The notes: generated from the sequence alone by a model not told the origin. A stretch of DNA of 64,000 bases from Cenarchaeum sp. (GCA_965242695.1 CBDESU010000001.1:1664001-1728000), one strand, 5' to 3'. Positions 20,160-30,745 are shown, numbered from the stretch's first letter. Translations and numbers: made by a program.

Positions 20160-20959
20160 AACTCGCCCAGGTCGGCGATCGCGTCGTGGAACATCTTTGC
20201 AGACACGGCGAGTATGACCGTCGATGCAAGCACCCTCAGCCACTTTTCCCTCATGTGCATCGACAGCCTTGCGCCGAGCAGCCCCCCTACGAACACGCCG
20301 GCCATGAGGGGCGCGCCAAAGAACACGTCGGGGTTTCCAAGGACCAGGTGCACGGCGATGCCCGATAGGGCCGTGAACAGCAGCGCAAACTGCGACGTCG
20401 GGGCCGCGCGCACCATCCCGATGCCCATGGCGGCGACCATGAGCGGGACGAACACGACCCCGCCGCCGATGCCAAAGAAGCTAGACACCGTCCCGCCAAA
20501 AAAGCTCGCGCCGACCACGAGGACGGCCATGAGGCGCGGCGAGGACAGGAGCGACCCTCCCGCCGCCCCTCCGCCGTCCGCGTCGTCCGCGCCGCCCTCC
20601 ATCCTCGACCTCATCACAATGTACACGGCCGCGGCCACCAGCAGTGCCCCGAACAGGGCCTTGAACATCCACGGCGCGCTGTCCGTCGTGAGGACCGCCC
20701 CGAGGATCGTGCCTGGCACGGACAGCGCGCTGATCCTCAGGCCCAGGCGGTAGTCGATCCGCCCCTGCCTAGAGTACGAGATCGTAGAGGCCGCCGCGTT
20801 GCTCAGGGCCACGAACAGGCTGTTGCTGGCCGCCGTAACCGGCGGCACGCCGAGTATGGTAAGGGCTGGCACCACGACGATGCCGCCGCCGAGCCCGATC
20901 ATCGAGCCGAGGACGCCGGCGGCAAGGCCGAGGGCCGCGAACCCGGCCTGCTCTATCAT
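20156..20959 (-). CDS. TauE/SafE (TSUP) family permease
   Basis: Two GLGGG/GIGGG..VP repeats; about 8 TM helices. Confidence 0.92.
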   Translation of the reverse strand: MIEQAGFAALGLAAGVLGSMIGLGGGIVVVPALTILGVPPVTAASNSLFVALSNAAASTISYSRQGRIDYRLGLRISALSVPGTILGAVLTTDSAPWMFKALFGALLVAAAVYIVMRSRMEGGADDADGGGAAGGSLLSSPRLMAVLVVGASFFGGTVSSFFGIGGGVVFVPLMVAAMGIGMVRAAPTSQFALLFTALSGIAVHLVLGNPDVFFGAPLMAGVFVGGLLGARLSMHMREKWLRVLASTVILAVSAKMFHDAIADLGEF

Positions 20960-21777
20960 GCGCCGGCCGCGCGCGCCCCCGTATTATTGCTATCAAGGGC
21001 ATCCTCGGCCGCGGCCATGGCCCTCTCCCACGCGGCCACGGCCTCTAACACGTCCGTCCCCGCATCCTCGCGCGCCGCCGCGGCCGCGGCGGCCGGCGCG
21101 GCCTGCTCGGCCGCGGCGGCGGCCAGGTTCTGCGCCCTCGTCACCAGCCGCATCGTCTTCTTCCAGTGCCTCACCTTTTCCATCGACTCTGTGCGCTGCT
21201 GCTTGGCGTCCTCCCACATGTCGGCCCGCCCCAGATCCAGATCGCCGCCGGTGTTCCACTTGCACTCGCCGGCCACGTACCTTGCCAGGTCCGCCGCCAG
21301 CTCTGCGGCGCTCTCCTTGAACACCTTTGTATTCTCGCCTGCGCTGGCCGCGTTGCTGCCCGCGCCGAGCGCCTGCTCGCGCGCCCTAGCGGCCCAGCTG
21401 CGCACCAACGCGGCGTCCCTTGGCTTTCCCGCCCGCTTGTGCGCCGTGGACGCCTTCATCATCTCGGCCGACATCGCATGTCCGCGCTTTGACGACCGCC
21501 TGAACGCCCTGCCGGCCCGCCTCATCGACCTGGCGGCCCGCCTCATGGCCTTGACGGCCCGCCCTATCTCATCCGGGTCTACCCTGTCCTGCGCGCCGGC
21601 CGCCCGCCCGTACGCCTCGGCCACCCGCTTTATCTCGCTGTCGGCCTTGGCCTTGGCGGTCCACGCCGCCCCGAGCTCTGCGCACGCCGCAACCTCGTGC
21701 GCCGACCCCGCCCACGTCCTTGCGGCGGCGACCGCCGCCCATACGGCAGCCGCCGCGTCAGACCTCGCGCCGTCCAC
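20956..21777 (-). CDS. Ala-rich helical protein, paralogue 1
   Basis: Aligns by eye with 29923-30723 and 31444-32241 (WAA..AR.WA, AF.RSS, RAG, DMWEDAK, AW.RAM). Start chosen by equal spacing from the shared promoter. Confidence 0.75.
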   Translation of the reverse strand: MDGARSDAAAAVWAAVAAARTWAGSAHEVAACAELGAAWTAKAKADSEIKRVAEAYGRAAGAQDRVDPDEIGRAVKAMRRAARSMRRAGRAFRRSSKRGHAMSAEMMKASTAHKRAGKPRDAALVRSWAARAREQALGAGSNAASAGENTKVFKESAAELAADLARYVAGECKWNTGGDLDLGRADMWEDAKQQRTESMEKVRHWKKTMRLVTRAQNLAAAAAEQAAPAAAAAAAREDAGTDVLEAVAAWERAMAAAEDALDSNNTGARAAGA

Positions 21778-21798
21778 GCCACGCACCTCCACATGCGG

Positions 21799-21820
21799 CC
21801 TTTATGCCGTTCGATCGGCC
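21799..21820 (-). promoter_or_regulatory. Shared 22-bp promoter element of Ala-rich paralogues (copy 1)
   Basis: cctttatgccgttcgatcggcc (plus strand) is identical at 21799, 30746 and 32263, 22-23 bp before each start. It contains TATA-like CATAAAGG on the minus strand. Confidence 0.8.
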
Positions 21821-21863
21821 TGCTCGTCCGGCAGGGGCGCCGCATTCTTCTGCGGCCGCAGCT

Positions 21864-24800
21864 TCAGTCCGCCCGTATGCGGGATCGGGCGCGGCGTCCA
21901 AGGCGCACCGCGTACCACGCGCCGGCGGCCGGGGCCGCGACGTACATGCCGGCTACGAGTGCGATCGCCAGCGCTCCGTACGCGACGACGCCGTGCTCGG
22001 ACCCGGGCTCGGCCAGATCGACGACCTGGAGGGCAAGGAGCATCGGCGCGACAAGGGCGGCCACGGCCTGGCGGAACGCGGGGTGCTCGCGCTCCAGGTC
22101 GGCCACCTGCGGCGAGAGCGCATAGTACGCGGCGCCGAACGCGGCCATGAACGCCCTGCCAGACTCTGTCGTCAGGAGCGTAGAGTCGCGGACCTCGCGG
22201 AGATGCTGCACCTGCGGGGCGATCTCGGTCCCGTACGCGGCCGTCGCGATCAGGCAGCCGCCCTCGTCGTCGTCGTCGACGGCGGCGGGAGTCGTCCCGG
22301 GATCGGCTGCGGTCGGCGCCGTCGGCGGCGGCCGCTCGTCGGCATCCGGCGCATCGGGCCGATCCTCGCCCGGGTCGGCCGGCGGCGGCGGTATGTCGAT
22401 CTCCCGCGGCTCTGGGCCGGCGGGCGCATCGGGCCTGTCGGCCGGCGGCGGCGCTTCGGAAGGCTGCGTCGGGTCGGCGGGCGCATCGGGCCTGTCGGCC
22501 GCGGGTTGCTCGCCAGAGGGCTGCGTCGGGGCGGCCGCATCCGGACCTGCGGCCGGCGGCATTCCGTACGCCCTGAATACGACCTCGCCGGTGCACTGCC
22601 CGCCCGTCCGCACCGTCTCGGATGCGATCGACATTGTCCTGCCCTCGACGGCAGTCGCCCTGATCGACAGTATCGGGTCGTCCGGCAGCGGCGCCTCGTA
22701 GACGACGCGGCCCTCGGGGTGCGGCCCGTCGGCCACTCGTGCGACGGCCACGCCGTCCGACGACAGGACGTCGACGTCGGCCTGAACCCCTGCGCCGGCC
22801 GTTATGCGGATCGTCCCCTCGTTGCAGTCCCACGAGGCCGCGTACAGGATCACCTGGCCCGGGCCGCCCGGCAGCACGCGGGTGCCGCCCCCGCCCCCTC
22901 CGCCGCCGCCCCCGCCCCCTCCGCCGCCGCCAAACGGCGAAAAGGGCGTTCCGGCCACGACCTGCGGCGTCGCCACCACTGGCGGGTCGGGCGTATCAGG
23001 GACGACGAGCGTGACCGTCATTTTCTGCATCGCCCTGCCCGGCGAGGCTATTGCGATGTCGCTCGAGTGGGAGAGGGACCCTGCCGCGCCCGGCTCTGGA
23101 AGGGCCAGGTCGGCGTCGTTGCCGTCTGCGTCGCGGATCGTCCCCCCATTGAGGGACAGCGCATCCGTGCCGGTATAGTCCAGGTCCGCCGCCATGTCAC
23201 CCTGCTGCACCGCGTACCGGAACAGCACGGTCGCAGAGTCGGCCGAGACGTACGTGGCGTTTCGGTCGACGGCGCCCGTCTCCAGCTCCAGCAGGGGCGC
23301 GCCAGCGACGCTGACATTCCCGGTAAACACGACCGCAATGTCGATCGCCGCGCCCGGCCCGTACGTCCCGTTGGCGCTGCGCGACTCGACGCCAGAGACG
23401 ACGGGCCCCTGGCCGTCGCGCCCGTCGGCCAAGCCGACCGCGAAGAACGCGCTCAGGCGGTACGTGTAGATCGCATAGTCCTTTACGTCAGAGGGGCCGG
23501 CGGGTGCAACGTGGCAAAACGGCGCCGAGCTGCCGCGGCCGCCGCGGCCCTCGAGCCACCCGGCCGGATCGTCGGCGCTGCCGCATGCGGGTATCTCCGT
23601 GGACGTGTTCATGCTGTCCATGTGGTAGACCCGCGCAGGCGAGGGCTGGCCGACCAGCAGTATGTGCGCGGGGCGGTCCAGGTCGATGTCCGCCCCTGGA
23701 TCGCCGACCTCGATTACGGCCCCGATCCTGGCCGCATCGCCCGCGGCAGGCCCTGCCACTGCCGCCGCCCGCCGCTGATCGCTAGCCGCCGCGACGCTGA
23801 TCGTCCCGTCGTACGGCATGCCGGTGGCGTTGTCCGTAAGGGCCGTGTTCGGGCCAAACGTGACAGCTGCCGCGTCCGTGGACACGGTAATGTTCCTGCC
23901 CGGAATCATGCCCGCCGGCACCTGGATCGCCGCGCTGTCGTTGCCGCGAACTGTTCCCACGGCGCCGCCCTGAGAGATGACGATGGGCGGCGATCCCGGC
24001 CCGACAACCACGGTCGAAGGCGACCCGACGACGATGAATCCGCCTAGCCGGTACGTGTGGATCGCATAATCCATCGTGGCGGCGCCGCTGCCGCCGGACT
24101 GGGTGGCGGCGTAGCAGAACGGCATGTCGGCGCCGCTGCCGCCGCGCTCCGCCAGCCACCCGGCCGGATCGTCGGCGCTGCCGCAGGGGAGCACCTCGGT
24201 GGCCGCGTTCATGCTGTCCATGTGGAACACCTGGGCCGGCGAGGGCTGGCCCTCCACCACTATGCGCGCCGGAATCGTCAGGGCAAGGTCTGCGCCCGGA
24301 TCGCCGATGTCGAGCGCGGCGCCGAGCCTGTCGCCAGAGCCGGCCCGGGTGACGGCCACGTACTCTGCCGCGGCCTTGCGGTCGCCGCCCTGGGCCGTGA
24401 CGTTGATGACGCCCGTGTACGGCAGCCCCGTGCCGGCAAGGTCGACGGCCGCGCCCTGCGCAAACGCAACCGCGGCCAGGTCAGACGAGATCGTCACCTC
24501 GCCGTCGCCCGGGAGCAGGCCGCATACCACGCGGACGGCCGTGTCGTTGGCCAGGACGGCCGGCGCATCGCCGACCACTATGCGGCTAGAGTCCGTGAGC
24601 GAGCCTGGGCCCCCTGGCGCCGGAAGCTCGAGGCTGGCGGCGTGGCCGGCGGCGCCCCACGCCAGGCCGCGCGTCTGCAGCGCGCCCGTTCCCGCATAGT
24701 CCAGGCAGGTGGCGCTGTCGCCCCGCCCGATCTCATAGGTGAACGTCAGCGCATCCGTGCCGTTGCCCATGGCATACTTGGCAGTGCCGCTGCTGCCACC

Positions 24801-27800
24801 CGCCCCGATCAGCAGGCGCGGCTCCCCGCCCGCAAGCGTGACGGCCTCGCTGAACGCGACGGTGATGTTGATCGTCCTGCCCGCGGCGTACACCCCGTCC
24901 TGCCCCGGCGCGGCGACGCTTTTGACGTACGTCGGGGACAGGCGGATCAGCTGGATGCCGTCGTCGTGGTATGCCGACACGATGGCGTACGTTCTGCCTT
25001 CCATCCCGAACGTGTCTATTCCGGAGGCGCCCTCCAGCTCGTCAAAGCCGCCCTCGTTGTCCGTCGCCGACCCGGCCGCCTCGAGTGTGCCGTCTGCGTG
25101 GATGCGGACAAGCTGGATGCCGCGGTCCTCGCGCGAGGCCACGACGGCGTACGTGCCGCCGCCGGCCTCGAACGCGTCGACGTCGTACGCCCCCCTGAGC
25201 TCGTCAAAGCCGCCCGTGTCGTCGGCCGCCGACCCGGCCGCCTCGAGGGTGCCGTTTGCGTGGATGCGGACAAGCTGGATGCCGTGGTCGTCGCGCGAGG
25301 CCACGATGGCGTACGTGCCGCCGCCCATCTCGAACGTGTCGACGGCGGTGGCGCCCCTCAGCTCGTCAAAGCCGCTGCTGCCGTCTGTCGCCGAGGCGCC
25401 GGGCGAGAGGGCGCCGTTGCCGTCGATGCCGACCAGTCGGATTCCGTCGTCGCTGCGGACGGCCGCGATCGCGTACGCGCTGCCGCCCATGCTGAACGCG
25501 TCCACGCCCCAACGGTTTCCCTCCACGTTGCGCGCGCTGCCAAAGGCGGCCGACGAGTTTGCGGCCAGGGTGCCGTCGGGTCGCACTAGGAGCATCTGGA
25601 TGCCCCTGTCGACTCCGGCCAAACCCACCGCGGCGTAAGTGTTGCCGCCGGCCTCGACCGTGCCGATTCCGGTCGCGCCGTGGAGCGTGCCAAATGATGC
25701 CGCGCCGCTTCCGTCGGCCACCGAACCGGTGGGCGAGAGCATGCCGTCGGGGTCGATGCGGATGCCCTGGATGCCGTCGGTCCATGTCGTCACCAGCGCG
25801 TGCGCGCTGCCGCCGATGTTTAGCGCGGTAATGCCCCAGGGCCCCTCCAGCATGAATTCCCTAGCATCGTCGGCCGCCGCATCGCCGGACTTCGGGCCGG
25901 CCGCCGAGCTCACCGCCTCGAGGGTGCCGTCCCCTCGGATGCGGACGAGCTGGACGCCGCTGTCCCCGTTGGATGCCACGATCGCGTACGCCCCGCCGTC
26001 CATCTCAAAGGCCGAGACGCCCTCGGCGCCGGCGATCGTCCCAAAGTCGTCGCTGCCGTCGGTTGCCGAGCTGATCGGGACGAGTGCGGGGCGCTGCGCC
26101 GCATCTATCCCGATGCCCGCCGAGGCGCCGAGCGAGCCGCGCGACCCGGGGGCCGGAAGCGGCAGGTCTGCATCGTTGCCGTCCGCGTCGCGGATCGTCC
26201 CGCCGTTGAGGGACAGCGCGCCCGTGTCGTTGTAGTCCAGGCTGGCGGCCATGTCGCCGGGCTGCACCGCGTACCAGAATTCGATATTCTCACTCCCGTT
26301 TCCGCCCACATAGACGGCGGTCCTGGTAGGCGTCGTGTCCAAGGCCAGCATGGGCGCGCCGGTGACGTTTACGTCCTCGCTGAACTCCACCCCAATCGAG
26401 ACTATCCTGCCCGTGCCGTACGTGCCGCCGGCGTCGGGCGAAGTGACTCCCAAGACAACCGGCGTCAGCGGCGCGCGGATCACAATGTCGTTCGTTGCGC
26501 CGAGCGAGCCGTCCATGCCCGGCTCCGGCAGCGTCCTGTTGGCCTCCCTGCCGCCTATGATGCTTGTAATGTTCCCGCCGTTGAGGGACAGCGCATCCTT
26601 GCCGGCGTAGTCTAGGCCGTCAGCCGTGTCGTTTGGATGCACCGTGTACAGGAACGAGATGGTCGAGCTCTCGCTTCCTCCCGTGTAGGTGGCGTTGCGC
26701 GGCGGTTCCGTGTTCAGTGTCAGCACGGGCGCGCCGGTGACGTTTACGGCCTCGCTGAACCTGACCGCAATGGAGACGTTCTTGCCCGTGCCGTATATGC
26801 CGTCGGCAGAGTCGACTCCCACGACCTGCGGCATCGTGGGCGCAAAGATTGTGATCTCGGCTGCTGCGAGCGAGCGGTTGTGGCCCGGTGCCACCAACGT
26901 CGTGTTGGCCGCCACGCCGCCTGCGCTGCCCATGATGCTCCCGCTGCCGAGGATCAGGGCGTTCGTGTCGTTGTAGTCTAGGACGTTGGCCATGTCGCCG
27001 GGCTGCACCGTGTACAGGAACGAGATGTCGGCGCTCCCGCTCCCTCCCGCGTACGTGGCGTTGCGCGGCGGCTGGGTCGAGAGAGCCAGCATAGGCATGC
27101 CGGTGACGTCTACGGGCTCGGTGAACTCTACCACGATGGTGATGTTCTTGCCCGTGCCGTACGTGCCGCCGGCATCGTTGTCGGATGCGACGCGCCAGAC
27201 CCCCAGCGGCGTATCAACCTCGATGTCCGACGAGTTGGAGAGTGAGCCGCGCTCGCCCGGCGCCGGCAGCTCGATGTCGGCGATGTGGTTCCCGGCGCCC
27301 ACTATAGCCCCGCGCGTCTGCAGCGCGCCCGCGCCGGCATATTTCAGGCCGTCGGTAGCATCGCCGCGCCCCACCGTGTAGCGGAACGTCAGCTCATCCG
27401 TGCCACTGCCCGCGATGTACTTTGCAATGCCGGTGCCGTCGCTACCGCTGCCAGTCTCGAGCACCAGACGCGGGTCACCCACAGTGGTGACGTTTTCGCT
27501 GAACGCGACGGTGATGTTGATCATCTCTCCTGCCTCATACGTGCCATCCTGCGCCGACGTGGTGACGTTGACGACGTATGCGGGGGACAGCCGGATCAGC
27601 TGGACGCCGTGGTCCCACCACGATGCCACAATGGCGTACATGTTGCCTCCCATCTCGAACGTGTCGACTCCAGTGGAGCCAGAAAGCGTAGACCAGGTCG
27701 GCCCGGCAGGGCGGGAAGTCGCGAACGCATCGCGGTTCGAAACCCATCCGTCGCGCGCCCGCCCCGCGTCCGAGAGCGTCCCGTCGCCTATGTTGATGCG

Positions 27801-29402
27801 AACCAGCTGGACTCCCTGGCCGGAGCGCGCCGCCACAATGGCGTACGTAGTGCCGTCCATCACGAACGTGTCAATGTCGCGCGTCTGATGGAGGCTGTCA
27901 AAGCCGTGGTCGCCGTTGCCGAGTTGGGTGTTGGTGATTCTCTTCGCAGAGGCCACTGGCGAGAGGGTGCCGGTGGTTGTATTGATGTGTATCAAGTTAA
28001 TGGCATTGTCAGAGTCCGCGCCAACGATGGCGTATGCGTTGCCGTCGCTCGCCTTAAACGCGTCGACGCCATAGGCATTGGCCAGCAACGGGTAATTTTC
28101 GGTGTTGTCGGTCGCATTGTCCAAGCCCAAGAGGGTGCCGTTGGGATACACTCGCATCAGCTGGACTCCGCCCTCGCCTTGGCCCTGGTTCGACGTCGCC
28201 ACGGCGTACGTCGTGCCGGCCGTATCCAGCACGTCGACTTGGGCGGGACCGTCAAGGTTGCCAAAGCCTTGGTTGTGTCTAGCAGTTCCGTTGGGAAGCA
28301 GGGTGCCGTCAGGGAGGATGCGGATGCCCTGCACGGTGTCGGGGCCAAACGCTGTAGCGAGTGCCTGCGCATTGTTGCCAAGCATGAACGTTGTGATGAA
28401 CCCAGTCGACTGTAGACGAAAGTCTCTCGAAGGATCACTGTCTGGGCCGGTCACCGAGCGGACCGCCTCGAGGGTGCCGTTCCCGTGGATGCGGATCAGT
28501 TGGACGCCGCTGTCCCCGCGAGAGGCTACAACGGCGTACGCGCCATTGTTCATTGTGAATGTGGAAACGCCTTGCGATTCCCTGAGTACGTCAAAGCTGT
28601 CACTGCCGTCGGTCGCCGAGTTGGCCGCCTCGAGGGTGCCGTTCCCGTGGATGCGAATCAGCTGGACGCCGTTGTCCCTGCTCGATGCCACAATTGCATA
28701 CATGCTGTTGTTCATCGAGAATACGGAGACGTCATGCGAATTCGAGAGTACGTCAAACCCCCTAGTGCCGTTCTTCGCAGAGTCGACAGGTATGAGCACG
28801 GGATGCCGCTCCGCATAGATGTCCGTCCTCCCCTCCGCCGGAACCTTTAATGGCCGCCCCTGCTCCCAGTATGCCAGCGAGTTCTCCTCGCCCGGCTCGG
28901 CCAGCGTCGTGTTGGCCTTTACCCCGCTCGCGCTGCCCGTGATGCTGCCGCCGTTGACATGCAACGCGTCCTTGCTTGCATAGTCCAGGCCGTCGGCCAT
29001 GTCGCCAGGCTGCACCGCGTACCAGAATACGGCAACCGTGCCATCATCGCTCATGCCCACGTACGTGGCATTCCTAGGAGGATCGGTGGCCAGCTCTAGC
29101 ATCGGCGTGCCGACGACCGTTATCGCCTCGCTGAACACCACATTGACGGCCAGTATCTTGCCCGTTCCGTGCGTGATGCGGTGCTCGTCAAGGGGCCCAA
29201 AGTTTGGCGAGAATACACGCACGACCGACGGCTCGGCTACCTGCGCATACGCGCTGCCGGCCAGAGCGGGCGCTGCCGCAACCAAGACTGCCGCTAGCGC
29301 AAGCAGTGCGACGGCCGGGGCCGACGGTCCCGAGCCTGCGCGGCGACCATCAACGGCCGCACCCCCCCCCCCCATCAGGGTTCGACGTGCATTGCTCTGC
29401 AT
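21864..29402 (-). CDS. Giant (~2500 aa) surface protein: Ig-like repeats, two LVIVD-like beta-propellers, Pro-rich stalk, CFI-box-CTERM anchor
   Basis: Signal peptide; V.FSE.V.V.G.P.L.L..YTVQPGD repeats; YAIVAS..D.G.QL.RI blades; poly-Gly; GGCLIATAAYG..VQHLREVRD plus a C-terminal TM. Confidence 0.9.
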   Translation of the reverse strand: MQSNARRTLMGGGGAAVDGRRAGSGPSAPAVALLALAAVLVAAAPALAGSAYAQVAEPSVVRVFSPNFGPLDEHRITHGTGKILAVNVVFSEAITVVGTPMLELATDPPRNATYVGMSDDGTVAVFWYAVQPGDMADGLDYASKDALHVNGGSITGSASGVKANTTLAEPGEENSLAYWEQGRPLKVPAEGRTDIYAERHPVLIPVDSAKNGTRGFDVLSNSHDVSVFSMNNSMYAIVASSRDNGVQLIRIHGNGTLEAANSATDGSDSFDVLRESQGVSTFTMNNGAYAVVASRGDSGVQLIRIHGNGTLEAVRSVTGPDSDPSRDFRLQSTGFITTFMLGNNAQALATAFGPDTVQGIRILPDGTLLPNGTARHNQGFGNLDGPAQVDVLDTAGTTYAVATSNQGQGEGGVQLMRVYPNGTLLGLDNATDNTENYPLLANAYGVDAFKASDGNAYAIVGADSDNAINLIHINTTTGTLSPVASAKRITNTQLGNGDHGFDSLHQTRDIDTFVMDGTTYAIVAARSGQGVQLVRINIGDGTLSDAGRARDGWVSNRDAFATSRPAGPTWSTLSGSTGVDTFEMGGNMYAIVASWWDHGVQLIRLSPAYVVNVTTSAQDGTYEAGEMINITVAFSENVTTVGDPRLVLETGSGSDGTGIAKYIAGSGTDELTFRYTVGRGDATDGLKYAGAGALQTRGAIVGAGNHIADIELPAPGERGSLSNSSDIEVDTPLGVWRVASDNDAGGTYGTGKNITIVVEFTEPVDVTGMPMLALSTQPPRNATYAGGSGSADISFLYTVQPGDMANVLDYNDTNALILGSGSIMGSAGGVAANTTLVAPGHNRSLAAAEITIFAPTMPQVVGVDSADGIYGTGKNVSIAVRFSEAVNVTGAPVLTLNTEPPRNATYTGGSESSTISFLYTVHPNDTADGLDYAGKDALSLNGGNITSIIGGREANRTLPEPGMDGSLGATNDIVIRAPLTPVVLGVTSPDAGGTYGTGRIVSIGVEFSEDVNVTGAPMLALDTTPTRTAVYVGGNGSENIEFWYAVQPGDMAASLDYNDTGALSLNGGTIRDADGNDADLPLPAPGSRGSLGASAGIGIDAAQRPALVPISSATDGSDDFGTIAGAEGVSAFEMDGGAYAIVASNGDSGVQLVRIRGDGTLEAVSSAAGPKSGDAAADDAREFMLEGPWGITALNIGGSAHALVTTWTDGIQGIRIDPDGMLSPTGSVADGSGAASFGTLHGATGIGTVEAGGNTYAAVGLAGVDRGIQMLLVRPDGTLAANSSAAFGSARNVEGNRWGVDAFSMGGSAYAIAAVRSDDGIRLVGIDGNGALSPGASATDGSSGFDELRGATAVDTFEMGGGTYAIVASRDDHGIQLVRIHANGTLEAAGSAADDTGGFDELRGAYDVDAFEAGGGTYAVVASREDRGIQLVRIHADGTLEAAGSATDNEGGFDELEGASGIDTFGMEGRTYAIVSAYHDDGIQLIRLSPTYVKSVAAPGQDGVYAAGRTINITVAFSEAVTLAGGEPRLLIGAGGSSGTAKYAMGNGTDALTFTYEIGRGDSATCLDYAGTGALQTRGLAWGAAGHAASLELPAPGGPGSLTDSSRIVVGDAPAVLANDTAVRVVCGLLPGDGEVTISSDLAAVAFAQGAAVDLAGTGLPYTGVINVTAQGGDRKAAAEYVAVTRAGSGDRLGAALDIGDPGADLALTIPARIVVEGQPSPAQVFHMDSMNAATEVLPCGSADDPAGWLAERGGSGADMPFCYAATQSGGSGAATMDYAIHTYRLGGFIVVGSPSTVVVGPGSPPIVISQGGAVGTVRGNDSAAIQVPAGMIPGRNITVSTDAAAVTFGPNTALTDNATGMPYDGTISVAAASDQRRAAAVAGPAAGDAARIGAVIEVGDPGADIDLDRPAHILLVGQPSPARVYHMDSMNTSTEIPACGSADDPAGWLEGRGGRGSSAPFCHVAPAGPSDVKDYAIYTYRLSAFFAVGLADGRDGQGPVVSGVESRSANGTYGPGAAIDIAVVFTGNVSVAGAPLLELETGAVDRNATYVSADSATVLFRYAVQQGDMAADLDYTGTDALSLNGGTIRDADGNDADLALPEPGAAGSLSHSSDIAIASPGRAMQKMTVTLVVPDTPDPPVVATPQVVAGTPFSPFGGGGGGGGGGGGGGGGTRVLPGGPGQVILYAASWDCNEGTIRITAGAGVQADVDVLSSDGVAVARVADGPHPEGRVVYEAPLPDDPILSIRATAVEGRTMSIASETVRTGGQCTGEVVFRAYGMPPAAGPDAAAPTQPSGEQPAADRPDAPADPTQPSEAPPPADRPDAPAGPEPREIDIPPPPADPGEDRPDAPDADERPPPTAPTAADPGTTPAAVDDDDEGGCLIATAAYGTEIAPQVQHLREVRDSTLLTTESGRAFMAAFGAAYYALSPQVADLEREHPAFRQAVAALVAPMLLALQVVDLAEPGSEHGVVAYGALAIALVAGMYVAAPAAGAWYAVRLGRRARSRIRAD

Positions 29403-29922
29403 TGCGCTACTTGGCACGGGCGGGCCGGCATTATGGTGCCATATATACAATTCTGCCGAGGGTTGGAGGGCGCGGGGCGGCGACCGAGTCGATGTTTCGG
29501 CAAAAAAATGGGCCGCGGTGCGGCATCTGGCGAGTGCGGACAGATGCGATCGCTAGGTAATCGTCGGAGTGGGGGCGGGCGCGGAGGCAGCATCGAGCGG
29601 CATGAGCCCCGCCCGTCAAGCAGGTGGCCGCTGAGGCGGCCTTGGCGCCGTCTGCCGGCCAATCAAGCCGCCGCAGGACGGGCGGCGCCTAGGCGCATGC
29701 CCGGCGCGCTACCGGCCAAGGCCACGAAGTCCGAGGCGGTTGCGGCCGGTTGCCGGCGGGGGGCAACGTTGCGGCGGGGCGCGCAGGGCCGCGGGCGCAG
29801 GCGCGGCGCATATCCAGGTCGCACACTGCCGCCGGCGGGGCCGCGGCGGCCCGCAGCCCTTCCCGGTGCGCGGCAGGCCGATCGGCCGGCCGGCAGGCCG
29901 CCGCACGTCCGCAGCACGTTCG

Positions 29923-30723
29923 CTACCTGCCCCTCGCATCCATCCGGTTGGCCGCCGCCATGGCCCTCCTCCAAGCGGCGGCGGCCTCTTGCGCGCCAGG
30001 CCCCGCCGGTTCGCGCGCCGCGGCCGCCGCGGCCGCCGCCGCAGACTTCTCGGCCAGGGCGGCCGTCAAATTCGCCGCCCTCGCCGAAGTCCGCGCAGAC
30101 TTCCTGGCGATCCTCGCATTCGCTGCCGACTCTGTGCGCTCCTCCTTTGCATCCTCCCACATGTCGGACTGCGTCAGATCCAGCGGCCCCCGATCGCCGT
30201 CCTGCCTGCATTCGATCTCGGACCACATGGACACGGTCTCCGCCAGCGTGTCGCGCCTCTGGCCTAGCGCCCTCGCATCGTTGCCCGATCTCACCGCCCA
30301 CCGGTCCGTGGCCTGCGCCTGCTCGCGCGACTTTTCCATCCACGTGCGCATCATCCTGGCGTTTTTCTGATCTCCGGCCCGCTCGTAGGCCAGGGCCGCC
30401 CGCCTCATCTCGGCCGACGCCGCCCTGGCATGCCTGGACGACCGTTCAAACGCCTCCGCGGCGCGCCCCATCGCATCCGCGGCCAGCTTCGCCGCCTCCG
30501 CGGCGCGCTCCATCGAACCCACGTCCACCCGGTCGTGCGCGCGGGTCACCCGCCGGCTCTCCTCCGCGGCCCGCTTTATCGCACTTTCGGCCTTGCCACT
30601 GGCCACCCATGCCCTCTCGGCCCTCTTGAACGCCGCATACGCGCGCATCGACGCCGCCCACGTCCTTGCGTGGGCCGCCGCCACCCACAACGTGGTCGCC
30701 GCGTCCGGCTTCGCGCCGTCCAC
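29923..30723 (-). CDS. Ala-rich helical protein, paralogue 2
   Basis: Paralogous to copies 1 and 3; GTG start 23 bp from the shared promoter. Confidence 0.75.
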   Translation of the reverse strand: MDGAKPDAATTLWVAAAHARTWAASMRAYAAFKRAERAWVASGKAESAIKRAAEESRRVTRAHDRVDVGSMERAAEAAKLAADAMGRAAEAFERSSRHARAASAEMRRAALAYERAGDQKNARMMRTWMEKSREQAQATDRWAVRSGNDARALGQRRDTLAETVSMWSEIECRQDGDRGPLDLTQSDMWEDAKEERTESAANARIARKSARTSARAANLTAALAEKSAAAAAAAAAREPAGPGAQEAAAAWRRAMAAANRMDARGR

Positions 30724-30745
30724 TCCCCGCCGCCCCCGCAGGCCG

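Noticed and set aside
20987-22150. Long antisense ORFs over the Ala-rich genes (also 29750-30370) and other long shadow ORFs
   Set aside because: Expected from stop-codon scarcity in high-GC DNA. The conserved Trp pattern and promoter support the minus strand.
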